Source: a virus. From it: 64,000 nt of DNA. The notes under the pieces were generated by a model. That model made no database searches and had not been told where the DNA came from. It saw only the letters and a program-made list of their open reading frames with translations. The translations under genes and the position numbers were made by a program. The DNA lies in the IMG/VR virus record IMGVR_UViG_3300041964_000014, positions 32,001 to 96,000 of that record; one strand, given 5' to 3'. Positions 38,381 through 48,582 of the stretch are shown here, one piece after another (positions within the stretch are counted from its first letter, which is position 1; each line of letters starts with the position of its first letter).

Positions 38381-38997
38381 TGAGAAATACCATGAACCAA
38401 GAATTGTACACCAGACTAATCGACCAAGGAATGAATGAAGAAGCTGCTAGTGCAATAGCCGCTGACTTTAGCCAAGTGACTCGTGCAAAGAAACTACCTA
38501 AGCAAACACTATCTACTTGGTCAGACGAGTATGTTGCGGCATCGGCTAAGTTGCGTTTACAAGCTATATCTTCTTTAATCGCAGTCTTAGGATTGCAACC
38601 ATCTCCTCAAATGGTAATGGAAGTAAAAAACTTTGAACCCGAAACCATTGAAATACTACGACGACTAGGGGCTTTAATGGAGAGCAAATGGATAACAATG
38701 CGAAACACAGGAGGCAAGTTGCAAGAACTAGCAAATGAGCTAAATGGCAATAAGGGTAAAAAGCCTATAGTCCAAGCCTCCGAAGATGTTGACGAGATGT
38801 TGAACTTAGTATCTTCCGTGGTAATACCAACAAGTGAAATAGAGGAGTCCGAAATAAAAAAGGAGGAGGGTGATTTGGAGTCTGTTGATGCTTTGGCACT
38901 AGCAGAACTTGAGGATAAAACCGATACACCTGAAACCTCGGAGATGTTAGGTATGGGCGCGTTGCCGGACGATTTCGACGTGTCTAAGTTCTACTAA
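38380..38997 (+). CDS. hypothetical helical protein with acidic tail, coupled to E1
   Basis: start overlaps the E1 stop; followed by hairpin 39012-39045. Confidence 0.7.
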   Translation: MRNTMNQELYTRLIDQGMNEEAASAIAADFSQVTRAKKLPKQTLSTWSDEYVAASAKLRLQAISSLIAVLGLQPSPQMVMEVKNFEPETIEILRRLGALMESKWITMRNTGGKLQELANELNGNKGKKPIVQASEDVDEMLNLVSSVVIPTSEIEESEIKKEEGDLESVDALALAELEDKTDTPETSEMLGMGALPDDFDVSKFY

Positions 38998-39061
38998 ATT
39001 TCAGTAATAGTGTGGGGCTAATTAGTATAAGTAGTTAGCCCCCACTAATACCCTTAACTAT

Positions 39062-40516
39062 ATGGTTGATAAGTTAGTGTTAGAGCAGTATCTTTTAGAT
39101 ACTTTAAAACAAAATAAAGAACTGTTTGATTTAGTAGTAAATAAACAATACATACTATACGGAGAGTATTTAGGCACATTACTGGTTAATAAAGTAATGC
39201 AGCTAAATTATTCGTTACCTAAGCCTACCTTACTTCGTTTAGATCCTACTAATAAAACTAATGGATATTCAGAGGTAATAGAATATCCTACATACGTTAT
39301 TAGTATTACTTCTAATATAGGTTTACTGGATAGTTGTACTAATTTTAATAGTTGCTTTATTACTAGTACTGATGTTGTTATTTCAGATAGCTTTGTAGAA
39401 CTACTAAATACCAAACAATTAGAGATAGTTAATATTAATCCGCTATCGAAAGCTTTAGCAGAGTTAGTTTATCTAGCCGATAGGTACAAGGGATACTTAT
39501 ATGCTAATATTACCAAAGCTATTGCAATGGCTAAAGATATTAGCAGGTTAATGGCTTCTCCAGAATGCAGTTTAATTACTTCAAACACTAACGCTGGTAT
39601 ATTAAAAACACTAACCGATATTGAAATTAAATGGGTTACTTTAGATGTCTACAAAGACTCGTTAGTACCTTTAGTCGTGCTTCCTGAAGTATCGTTATTA
39701 CCGGATAATATTTCCAAATACTCTAAAAGCCATCTTGCCCATGATGATACTTTATCTCAATGTTATTTAGCATTAGCTAATTGCTTATACGGTAACGGTG
39801 TTAAAAAGTCTGCTAGAGAAAACAAGTTAATAGTATTAGAATATCCTGAACTATACCCGTATGTTGTAAGTAACCTTAGTTACACAGATAATCTACCTAA
39901 CAATTGGAAAGCCAAACTACCTTACTTAAACAAGCTTTTAGCAGAACACAATGTAAGGCTATTTTTTAATAAGCTTAATTTAGCAGAACAAATACAGTTA
40001 CTAGATGAGTTGCGTGGATTAATTAAACAATACGGCTTATGGGTAATTGGTTTATTAGAGCAACAATCTAAATACGATAAAAAAGAGTTAGTTAAACTAA
40101 TAGAGTTTAAAAAACTAGAAAATAGCAAATGGTTAGTTCCTCCGTTTAAGCTCCCGGAAATATTCCCATTTGGACTACATAAAACATGGAAAATAGTTGA
40201 GTTAAATACACGCCAACTACTAATACATGAAGGCGAATACCAAGGGCATTGCGTAGGAGGATACAGTGTATCTCCAGCGCATAGAATCTTCTCATTGAGG
40301 AAAGATAAGCTTCGCTATACTCTAGAGATATATTACGATACCTACAAACACAAGTGGATAACAGGACAAGAGCGAGGAAAACATAATTCCTTGCTAGAAA
40401 GTATTGAACCAATCACACAACAAGAACTACGGATTATAATTCCGTGGTTACTCTCAGTACTACCTAGGGTAACTGTTTCTCCGAGTACAACAAGCAACGA
40501 CTACATATACTTTTGA
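39062..40516 (+). CDS. protein with C-terminal PcfJ-like domain
   Basis: IVELNT..LLIHEGEYQGHCVGGY...IFSLR...YTLEI...Q.RGKHN. Confidence 0.75.
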   Translation: MVDKLVLEQYLLDTLKQNKELFDLVVNKQYILYGEYLGTLLVNKVMQLNYSLPKPTLLRLDPTNKTNGYSEVIEYPTYVISITSNIGLLDSCTNFNSCFITSTDVVISDSFVELLNTKQLEIVNINPLSKALAELVYLADRYKGYLYANITKAIAMAKDISRLMASPECSLITSNTNAGILKTLTDIEIKWVTLDVYKDSLVPLVVLPEVSLLPDNISKYSKSHLAHDDTLSQCYLALANCLYGNGVKKSARENKLIVLEYPELYPYVVSNLSYTDNLPNNWKAKLPYLNKLLAEHNVRLFFNKLNLAEQIQLLDELRGLIKQYGLWVIGLLEQQSKYDKKELVKLIEFKKLENSKWLVPPFKLPEIFPFGLHKTWKIVELNTRQLLIHEGEYQGHCVGGYSVSPAHRIFSLRKDKLRYTLEIYYDTYKHKWITGQERGKHNSLLESIEPITQQELRIIIPWLLSVLPRVTVSPSTTSNDYIYF

Positions 40517-40528
40517 GGTTCAAACAAA

Positions 40529-41011
40529 ATGGCTACTTCAACTCTTACAGCTTCAACTGAAACAATTACTCACAACATGACTGCGTATGAACTAGCTCTT
40601 GCCCCTATTATTTCGGACGAGGCTACATCTTTGTTCGTGCTATCGGCTCTTTATGGAGAGGAGGTAGAAACAATTTTTGAAGATTATCAGGGAAAAGCTA
40701 TTACTCGAACAGGAGCAATTGCTAGTCAATTCAAATTAAACACTTGGGAGATTGCCGCTAAAAGAGCAATGTATAAAGACTTTTTCTTGAAGCTGGGCTG
40801 CATTCGGGAAGAGTTAGATAGTACTACTACCCTTCGAGGAATGTTGTTAACTAAGTATAAGTCTCACACTGTCACATGGGGAATGTCTCCATCAGGTGTT
40901 GTAGCTATTCTATTAAATAGCAGTCCTGATTTTAATACACTACTAAGTCTGTTATTGGGGATTAATCTCCCACCAGGCTTTAGTCTGGGTGCATTGGATG
41001 CTATGATTTAA
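40529..41011 (+). CDS. hypothetical protein
   Basis: GAGG RBS, ORF. Confidence 0.6.
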   Translation: MATSTLTASTETITHNMTAYELALAPIISDEATSLFVLSALYGEEVETIFEDYQGKAITRTGAIASQFKLNTWEIAAKRAMYKDFFLKLGCIREELDSTTTLRGMLLTKYKSHTVTWGMSPSGVVAILLNSSPDFNTLLSLLLGINLPPGFSLGALDAMI

Positions 41012-41300
41012 ACCACATTACACCAATCCAAAGGCACATATGCACTTCGCAACACTATCTCTAACAATGGGAGACTGTCCCTCAACACTACTAGCAGAAC
41101 TTCGTCAGCTAGAGAAAGAACTAACTAATCCAAATTTATCTGATATAGTTAGATACGCGAAGGTGCGAAGACGGGATACCTTGCTAAGTCTGCAAAGACG
41201 TGGCAAGTTTTAAGTGAAGTACGATGGGGGCTGACAACCCCCTTTTCAGTTAGTACTTTATAATGGACTATAACTATGCTACAACTCATTCACCAAAACA

Positions 41301-41597
41301 ATGCAACGATACGATCAAGCAGTAGCAATCGAGACAGACGGGAGTATTAGATGTTGTAACGGTAAGACGCGTGTTTATACCGTGGAATACGAAAATGCTG
41401 GTTATATCAAGCTATTTGATGTACCCGGCATATTATTTGACAGTAATGGGAATATTGTTGTTATGAGTGCTGTAGACAGATTTTCCGTAGATAGCGGGGA
41501 AGAACTAACTGCACATTCTGTTGTGAGGTCGAACGTTAATTGGTCACCTGGCGTATCGCTTAGGTACGCTTGTTCTTTGTTAAATAAATTTAAATAA
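41301..41597 (+). CDS. hypothetical protein
   Basis: ORF. Confidence 0.55.
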   Translation: MQRYDQAVAIETDGSIRCCNGKTRVYTVEYENAGYIKLFDVPGILFDSNGNIVVMSAVDRFSVDSGEELTAHSVVRSNVNWSPGVSLRYACSLLNKFK

Positions 41598-41604
41598 TTA
41601 TATA

Positions 41605-42584
41605 ATGGCTAAGAAAATTTATCTTCGAGAAAGCTTCACGCAAGAAGCTAAAAGCCCGTATATGTATTTATGGTTTAAGCGGTAGCGGAAAAAGCTACGG
41701 AGCTTTGCAGATTGCTACATTACTAGCTCAGGGAAAACCTATTGTTGTAATCGATACAGAGAATGGGACTTCATCGATATACGCCAAAGGCGACGATGGT
41801 GTAGGTTTTGATTTTGACACTATAGTTTTGGACGGAGACTATAGTATGGATACATTAGTTGCTTGCTTTCAACAAGCAGAAGCTCATGTAGGCGCAGGGG
41901 AGTCATCATTATTGACAGCACCTCGAAGTTTTGGGCAGGTACAAATGGTGCATTAGATGAAGTAAATAAGTTAACCGGAGGTAATCAAGCTAAAACCGAG
42001 ATGCTTGGAACACCGTTACCCCTAAAATTGGTAAAGCTATTGAGACGATTTCTTCTAGTAAATCAGCTCATGTGATTTGCACATTCCGATGCAAGTCCGA
42101 AACAATACAGGAAGAGTACGTCGATTACAAGGGTAAAACTCGAACTAAAGCCACAAAAGTTGGATTGGCTCCAGTATTCAAGGATGGTATTGAGTATGAG
42201 TTTGATGTAGCTCTCGAAGCCTCTTTAGTCACTAACAAAGACGGTACAGATAGTCAAGTTATTCGTGTAAGCAAACCGCCTCGTTTCCGTGAGTTTACTA
42301 AATTAAATGCATCGATTTACGGAGATGTGGAAGGAACAACTATGTGGGATGCAGAAGCTTTTGTTAAAACACTGCTGTACCGCTTAGATCAAGGAGAAGA
42401 TCCCGAACAAAAGCGTAAAGACAAAGCTCGTGAAGCTATAGGGCAGTTACTACTTCAGTACGAGGAGTTAAAGCATGAACCATATGCTGTAGAATTGAAT
42501 CCGGAAGCCACCATTCCAGAACTACAAACATACTATTTACAACTAGCTAAAGAGGTAAAGGAACTTGAATCAGTCCCACAATAA
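41605..42584 (+). CDS. Sak4-like / AAA_24 ATPase recombinase, split by several frameshifts
   Basis: KARICIYGLSGSGKSYGAL, VIDTE, IIIDS.SKFW.G..G.L, ICTFRCK, KVGLAPVFKDGIEYEFD across ORFs 41705, 41863, 42072. Confidence 0.8.
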
Positions 42585-42703
42585 AGAACGAAAGCCTGTC
42601 ATTATCAATGGCAAACCTGTGCCATACGAAGACGTGTTTGGCGATGATATAGATACTACAACTAAATCTCAGCCTCGCCGTTAACCCAAAGTAAAAGTAA
42701 GTA

Positions 42704-42752
42704 GTCCGAAATAATAAGTAGTCATTCCTCCGTGGCTCTTATTGTTTCGGAC
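42704..42752. repeat. inverted pair of the GTCCGAAA motif
   Basis: gtccgaaataataag ... cttattgtttcggac. Confidence 0.9.
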
Positions 42753-42905
42753 TCTTTATTTGTCAGCTCCTCATTTATGCGGAACTCAGACTGTATGGGG
42801 TTATTATCAGTAAAGATAATAACTAACAAGGAGGTTTTAGTGTTTAATGGGTAGGGATTGTTCGTTTATGCGTGAGATTACTAAAAGTTAAATAAATGCA
42901 GAATT

Positions 42906-43667
42906 ATGGCTAATTTAGTTCGCTACGATCACGATGGTTTAGAGTTGGTTATCGATACGGAGACCGGAGAGAGTTTTGCCACTATTTCGGGTTATGCTCG
43001 AATGGTAGGAAAAGATAAATCAACTATCTCACGCCGATGCGATGGTGTTGCATCAGGAGTCGTAGGAACGGCTGAAATTCCCACAGAGAGGGGGTTACGA
43101 ACCGTTGCAATGATTCCGGAATCATTAATTACCGAATGGGTGGTTAAAGATAACCCCGATTTAGCTGTGCAACTTATGAGAGCAGGGGTTCGAGTATTCC
43201 TACATAAGCTGGCGGGATATACCGTTACATCTACTGTAGTAGCCCCGCAGCCGCACGATATTAGTAAGTTAGTCGAACTAGTTACGGAGGTGAATCAAAA
43301 GCTACAGCAGCAGGAAACACAACTGCTGATGATGACTGTTGATAAAGCAAAACTAGACAAGCTTCAACAAGAAAGGGAGGAATTGGAAACTGCATCTCAA
43401 GTACATCCAGGATGCGCTGACGTACTTGCTGAAGAAACCGATTGTCCATACCCAAGAGATTTGACTCTTACGGTTGCTCAGTACCTTAAGTTCAAAGAGT
43501 TAGAAGGAGAAACATTGTACCATGCAATGACAAAGAAAGCGGCACAGTATTACCGATTTGCCAAAAAGTGTTCGCCGCCTAAGAACACTAAGCAACAAAA
43601 CATCTACACCGGGAGTGCCATTCTGTATTTAGACGAAGCACTAAAATCTGTGCTAAATCTAAGCTAG
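42906..43667 (+). CDS. antirepressor-type DNA-binding protein (cyanobacterial/cyanophage type N-terminus)
   Basis: DHDGLELVIDTETGESFATISGYARM; C-terminal domain shared with 27630 and 51964. Confidence 0.65.
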   Translation: MANLVRYDHDGLELVIDTETGESFATISGYARMVGKDKSTISRRCDGVASGVVGTAEIPTERGLRTVAMIPESLITEWVVKDNPDLAVQLMRAGVRVFLHKLAGYTVTSTVVAPQPHDISKLVELVTEVNQKLQQQETQLLMMTVDKAKLDKLQQEREELETASQVHPGCADVLAEETDCPYPRDLTLTVAQYLKFKELEGETLYHAMTKKAAQYYRFAKKCSPPKNTKQQNIYTGSAILYLDEALKSVLNLS

Positions 43668-43720
43668 AATTAACTTACCTACAACGCGTTTAACTAGATA
43701 ACTATATACCGATTAATATT

Positions 43721-44137
43721 ATGGCAGTTACAATTTGTGGTTCTTTTCGTGTTACTAATATTCGCCAGAGTGATAAAGTCAATGCTGTTAACTTCAAAGC
43801 CAGCGCTCCGATTGGTCGTAAGAACACTGAAGGCAAAAAAGAATATGTGAATATTGACTGCACTCTTTGGGGTGTGCAAGGGGAGAAAGTATTTTTGCCG
43901 TATGTTAAAGAAGGTGACTACATAACTCTTACTTTAGATTGGGAGGCTCTGAGTATCTGGGAAGCTTCGGGTAAGACGGGTATCAACATCAAAGCCACAG
44001 TACTTACTATCACTTTGCTGAATCAATCGGCAGTTGCTGTCGAAGTATCTGCCAGTGCTGACGATTTAACTGAGGCTACGAACACTACAGCTCCAAATGT
44101 ATCGGCGGAAGCTACCAAAGACGGTATCCCGTTCTAA
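43721..44137 (+). CDS. ssb: single-stranded DNA-binding protein
   Basis: OB-fold pattern IDCTLWG..GE....YVKEG; acidic tail ending DGIPF. Confidence 0.8.
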   Translation: MAVTICGSFRVTNIRQSDKVNAVNFKASAPIGRKNTEGKKEYVNIDCTLWGVQGEKVFLPYVKEGDYITLTLDWEALSIWEASGKTGINIKATVLTITLLNQSAVAVEVSASADDLTEATNTTAPNVSAEATKDGIPF

Positions 44138-44200
44138 GTCTTAGTTCCACGTCTGGCTCCTAAATAGCTTACACTGGTCATTAGTTGTTCTTCTATACTA

Positions 44201-45139
44201 ATGACCAGTTTTTTAGATATTGATGACAGTTTCATACAGCAAACTGAAATTAACGGTGTTAGGTATTACGAAGTTATGGGGGATTATGGTCAACGCAAAT
44301 ATCCGAGTGTATCTACACTAGTTAATAGCTTCAAGAGTACAGAGGGACTAAAAATTTGGGCAACGAATCTCGGATACGAAACAATTACACCGGAAGAACA
44401 GGCAGCGCTATCGTCCGAAACAATAAGAGAACTTGTGGAGAGTAGAGGTAAAGTAGCCGCTAATAATATTCGAGATAGTGCTGCAAGACGAGGCACAAAA
44501 ACCCACGACTTGTGTGAGAAATATTTTAAGTACGGGACTGTATCAGATGACCCTTGTTTCCAGAGATTACTACCGTTCTTGAAAATATGTGAACCACTTA
44601 CCGTCGAAACCAAGGTGAAATGGGAGTGGAGACCCAGCCCTGATGTTGTAGTAGATTTACCTGAAAATACAGTAGTCGGTTGGTCAGGTCGATTAGACAA
44701 AGTGGGTAAAGTGGATTTAACTAAACTGTATACTGAGCATGGCGTGTTACTTGGTAATACGTCTACTCCGGCTATTATTGATTACAAGACCTGGGACAAA
44801 GCTAAATACAATAGTGGACAAACTAAAGCAGGAAGTAAATATTATCCGCTGCTAAGTTACTACCTACAGTTGTCAGCGTATTTAGCTGGCTTTAATCAGT
44901 GTAAGTACTACTCGCAATTAGTTGATGATGCTTTCTTAGTAGGTGTAACTGTAACTTGCAGAGAACCTTGGATATACCATATTAATTTAGAGAAGGTTAA
45001 TTTTTATTTTAAAGAGCTTAAGGCAATGGTGTTAGCTTACTACAAGTTAGGTACTTACTCTTGGGAAGCATTAGAAGAAAAGGTAGAACCTTACTTAGGA
45101 GAAAGAGTATATATTAATGCACCTAAATTACCGTTTTAA
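44201..45139 (+). CDS. PD-(D/E)XK exonuclease (Cas4/RecB-like)
   Basis: YPSVST, RGTKTH, SGRLD, IIDYKT, LQLSAY. Confidence 0.85.
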   Translation: MTSFLDIDDSFIQQTEINGVRYYEVMGDYGQRKYPSVSTLVNSFKSTEGLKIWATNLGYETITPEEQAALSSETIRELVESRGKVAANNIRDSAARRGTKTHDLCEKYFKYGTVSDDPCFQRLLPFLKICEPLTVETKVKWEWRPSPDVVVDLPENTVVGWSGRLDKVGKVDLTKLYTEHGVLLGNTSTPAIIDYKTWDKAKYNSGQTKAGSKYYPLLSYYLQLSAYLAGFNQCKYYSQLVDDAFLVGVTVTCREPWIYHINLEKVNFYFKELKAMVLAYYKLGTYSWEALEEKVEPYLGERVYINAPKLPF

Positions 45140-45161
45140 TAAGCGTATTGTTAAATAACAA

Positions 45162-45566
45162 ATGGACTACGAATTAACTCATTTGGCTGAGATTAAATCA
45201 GGGGATTTAATATTACTAGACTGCTTTTATCTTGCAGGATTAGTAAATGTGCTTAATATTAAACAGAATATAAGAACAAGTAGTTTTACACTACTACTAT
45301 CTTATGCAAAGTTACTGTCAGGACACGTATATACAATTATCGTATCTAAAGACCAAAGTAACGTAGTTAGATTTAATCGATCTAGATTATTAGATTTAAA
45401 GTATCTTGCTTTAAGAGAAGTACCACTTAGTGCCACTATATTTTACAAACACAAACTATGGAGTTTAACTGAGTTAACAAATAATAAAGAGTTTAATCCA
45501 CCAGATTATGTATGGTCTATTACAAAGAGTTGTGACGCACCTAATACTTTATCGTTTTTATTGTAG
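45162..45566 (+). CDS. hypothetical protein, paralog of 45578..45979
   Basis: shared C-terminus YVW...APNTLSFLL / VW...APDNLAFQL. Confidence 0.55.
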   Translation: MDYELTHLAEIKSGDLILLDCFYLAGLVNVLNIKQNIRTSSFTLLLSYAKLLSGHVYTIIVSKDQSNVVRFNRSRLLDLKYLALREVPLSATIFYKHKLWSLTELTNNKEFNPPDYVWSITKSCDAPNTLSFLL

Positions 45567-45577
45567 GTAATTTAGCT

Positions 45578-45979
45578 ATGTTTAACTTCGATAAGTATCA
45601 AATAGCCAGTGTTCTTAGTTTACAAATCAACGATAAAGTAATAGTAGATAACCTAAATAGAGACGGATTATTAGTAGTTAAAAAGATATCTATACATACT
45701 GATAATGAGCCGTATACTACAATATCTTTTGAAACTGAGTTTGGAGATATAGTTAGCGATGATTATTACACTGAAGAGTTTAAAGTATTAAAGCTACTAG
45801 ACCATAATCTAGACGTTATGTTTAGGTTCACAAAAAGAGTAGAAGATAATGCTGTAGTTTTTTACGGTGGTGAACTGTATCCAGCTTTTGAGCTAAAAAG
45901 TAGAAGGTACAAACCATTCAAAGTGTGGGTAGTAGATCACTTTCCTATTGCACCCGACAATTTAGCCTTTCAACTATAA
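45578..45979 (+). CDS. hypothetical protein, paralog of 45162..45566
   Basis: see above. Confidence 0.55.
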   Translation: MFNFDKYQIASVLSLQINDKVIVDNLNRDGLLVVKKISIHTDNEPYTTISFETEFGDIVSDDYYTEEFKVLKLLDHNLDVMFRFTKRVEDNAVVFYGGELYPAFELKSRRYKPFKVWVVDHFPIAPDNLAFQL

Positions 45980-46072
45980 ATGAAATACCAAATAGTCGAA
46001 GTACACAGTCTCCAGCTTTCGACTGTGATACCTCTAAAATAAAAAGAGGCAGTCTTCCCAAAACCACCCCTT

Positions 46073-46888
46073 ATGGATATTACACGATATTTAGGACAAC
46101 CGAAAGGATTTATAGGTTCCACGGTTGCTGTTTACGTTTGTCCTTGTTGTAACAAGGATCTAAAAGTAAATATAGCAATAAAAACAAAACCTTACAAATG
46201 CTGGAGTGGTGGTTGTACTCCAGATCAGATCCGGGCTAAGTTGAAGCTAACCGTACTTCCCAAGTCCGAAATAATAAGCCAGCCAGCTTACAACATTCAG
46301 CCAATCCACTTAAGTAGCATAGATCCCCTATTTATTTCGGACTATGTTCCTCCTATCGCGGTACGACGTAATATAATTCACGACGGCAAGGCAGCGGTAA
46401 GTACTACTTATAGGTACTCATCTACACATCAAGTACAACGTATAGATTTCCTAGACGGTAGTAAGAAAAAGTTTCTGCCGTCTTATATATTTGAAGGAAA
46501 CAGAAAATACGGGGCAGATTACAATTGCCCACTGTTTAACGAAGAATTTATTAAAGATGAGGGTAAAACAATCTATATGGTGGAGGGAGAAAAATGTGCT
46601 GTAACAATGACACAAGCATTAGGGCTGTTAGCTGTAAGTCCACCGGGATTTGGATGGAACGAAAAGTATTTAAGACCTAGACTGCAAATACTCTCTAAGA
46701 AAATATCGGGGATTGTAATTCTGCCTGACAATGATAAAGCTGGTATAACCAAAGCGGATTTATTACGAACAGTAGCTTGGACAGTCGGGATTCCCACTAA
46801 GTTAGTTAAGTTCCCAGAAGCCCAAGACAGTGAAGATATAGCTGATCTGATATATAGAAACGTTAATGTACTACCTTACTTAAAGTAA
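46073..46888 (+). CDS. DNA primase (Zn finger plus TOPRIM)
   Basis: CPCC...KCWSGGC; VEGEKCA; ILPDNDKAG; EDIAD. Confidence 0.85.
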   Translation: MDITRYLGQPKGFIGSTVAVYVCPCCNKDLKVNIAIKTKPYKCWSGGCTPDQIRAKLKLTVLPKSEIISQPAYNIQPIHLSSIDPLFISDYVPPIAVRRNIIHDGKAAVSTTYRYSSTHQVQRIDFLDGSKKKFLPSYIFEGNRKYGADYNCPLFNEEFIKDEGKTIYMVEGEKCAVTMTQALGLLAVSPPGFGWNEKYLRPRLQILSKKISGIVILPDNDKAGITKADLLRTVAWTVGIPTKLVKFPEAQDSEDIADLIYRNVNVLPYLK

Positions 46889-48582
46889 TGCTTAATAACT
46901 TGTTAATCATGCTCAGTAATGAGCCAGATTCATCACGTCGGCTGGTGCTGATGGACGACTGGCTTGTGGATAACCCAGATATAATGTCCAAGGAAGAACT
47001 CGAAGATCAGTTCTATCAGTATCTCGAAGACATTACCCGAGAAAGATTATTGCTGATCCGGGACGCCCCGAATCCATTTAAAAGTGCGTCGTTGAAAAAT
47101 GATTTAGTAAATTGGTTGAAACTATTTGTTTCGGACAAACAAGACCTTCAACGGTTAATAGAAACATACTCATCGGAGGCAAAAGAAGCCGAAACCTATA
47201 CTCTCGCTCAGTTGCGGGAGTTAGCTAAAGACCATAAAGACTTTTACTTAGTTCAAGGACTAATAAGGAAGAATATATTACTACTTATTGTTGGTGCGCC
47301 CAAGACAGGCAAGTCGCTATTTGCTACTAACCTAGCGGTACGGGTTATCCAGGGTGAGCCGTTTCTGAATAGAAATACTTATAAAAGCCGAGTATTATTT
47401 CTTCAAAACGAAGAAAACGTTATAAATACATATAAGCGTATTTATAACAATGGACTTCAGCTGCTAGAAGCACAAGAGCCAGAATTATTTAATGAATTAT
47501 TGGATAGTGAGAATCTGTTAATTGCCAAGCATCTTGACTTGGTAGTTGATAAGAAAACTATTATTAAAACTCTGGAAGAAAGTGAAGCCGATGTGCTAAT
47601 CATCGACTCACTGGCTGCGTCTATACGTAAGTCCGGACTAACCGAATATTCCCCCGAACTAGCTGGTGTACTATACGATTATCAAGAGATAGCGCATACT
47701 CGGAATGTAACTATCTTAGTACTGCATCATAGTACTAAGATGGATTCCACCGAAAGCAAAACATCAATGATACGAGGTGTTGGTGGTAGTAACGCATTAG
47801 TACGGGCTAATGACGGATTGTTTAAGCTACATCCACGTAAAGATGGTGATGTCGATTTATTTACCATTCCTCGGGATGGAAATCCCGAAGAGCTAGTAAT
47901 CCGTTATGTAGAGGAGGAGGCATCGTTCTGGAGCTTCGAGGTTAAGGCAGAGAAGACTTTGTCTCCAGAAAACATAGCACTCCAGAACTCTATTCTTCGT
48001 TTGTTGCTAGAGTCTTACTTGTTGTGGAAAGAATCAGTTACAGAAGATGATACAGAAGTTGGGGGTCTTAATTTAACTGAGCTAGTGGATATCCTTGCTG
48101 TTCCACGGATGGATATTATCAAAAGGCTCAATCATATGTATGATACAGAAGGTATTTCCCGACGTATCTCCCAACGAAAATATGTGTATCACATTCCTGC
48201 TAGTGGTGAAAGCTGGCTATTAGCTTACTTAGAGGTAGAGGAAGCTGAGAAACGGAGACAACAAGAACAGCAGGAAATAGACGCTCGGATGGCAACTGCT
48301 GTCCGAAATACTAAGACGAGGGAAGAGTTTCTTGCTTTAATACAAAACTGGACAGACGAGGAAAAGAAACGGGTTTTTAATTTAATCGACCCAGCTATTC
48401 GGCTAGAAAAAATGTTATTAGTAAACCCACCTAAGTATCCGGTTGGTACTGCTTTAACAGTAGAAGGCATCGAAGTATTCGTAGCAGAAGTCAAAATCAA
48501 GGAAGGTAAACACTTGTATAATATCCGTGATGCAGCAGGAAATGTATTAACCGAGTACTTGGAGGAACAGCTGAATACATGA
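46888..48582 (+). CDS. replicative SF4/AAA_25 helicase
   Basis: GAPKTGKS, LIIDSL, VLHHSTK, RGVGGS; coupled to primase. Confidence 0.85.
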   Translation: MLNNLLIMLSNEPDSSRRLVLMDDWLVDNPDIMSKEELEDQFYQYLEDITRERLLLIRDAPNPFKSASLKNDLVNWLKLFVSDKQDLQRLIETYSSEAKEAETYTLAQLRELAKDHKDFYLVQGLIRKNILLLIVGAPKTGKSLFATNLAVRVIQGEPFLNRNTYKSRVLFLQNEENVINTYKRIYNNGLQLLEAQEPELFNELLDSENLLIAKHLDLVVDKKTIIKTLEESEADVLIIDSLAASIRKSGLTEYSPELAGVLYDYQEIAHTRNVTILVLHHSTKMDSTESKTSMIRGVGGSNALVRANDGLFKLHPRKDGDVDLFTIPRDGNPEELVIRYVEEEASFWSFEVKAEKTLSPENIALQNSILRLLLESYLLWKESVTEDDTEVGGLNLTELVDILAVPRMDIIKRLNHMYDTEGISRRISQRKYVYHIPASGESWLLAYLEVEEAEKRRQQEQQEIDARMATAVRNTKTREEFLALIQNWTDEEKKRVFNLIDPAIRLEKMLLVNPPKYPVGTALTVEGIEVFVAEVKIKEGKHLYNIRDAAGNVLTEYLEEQLNT

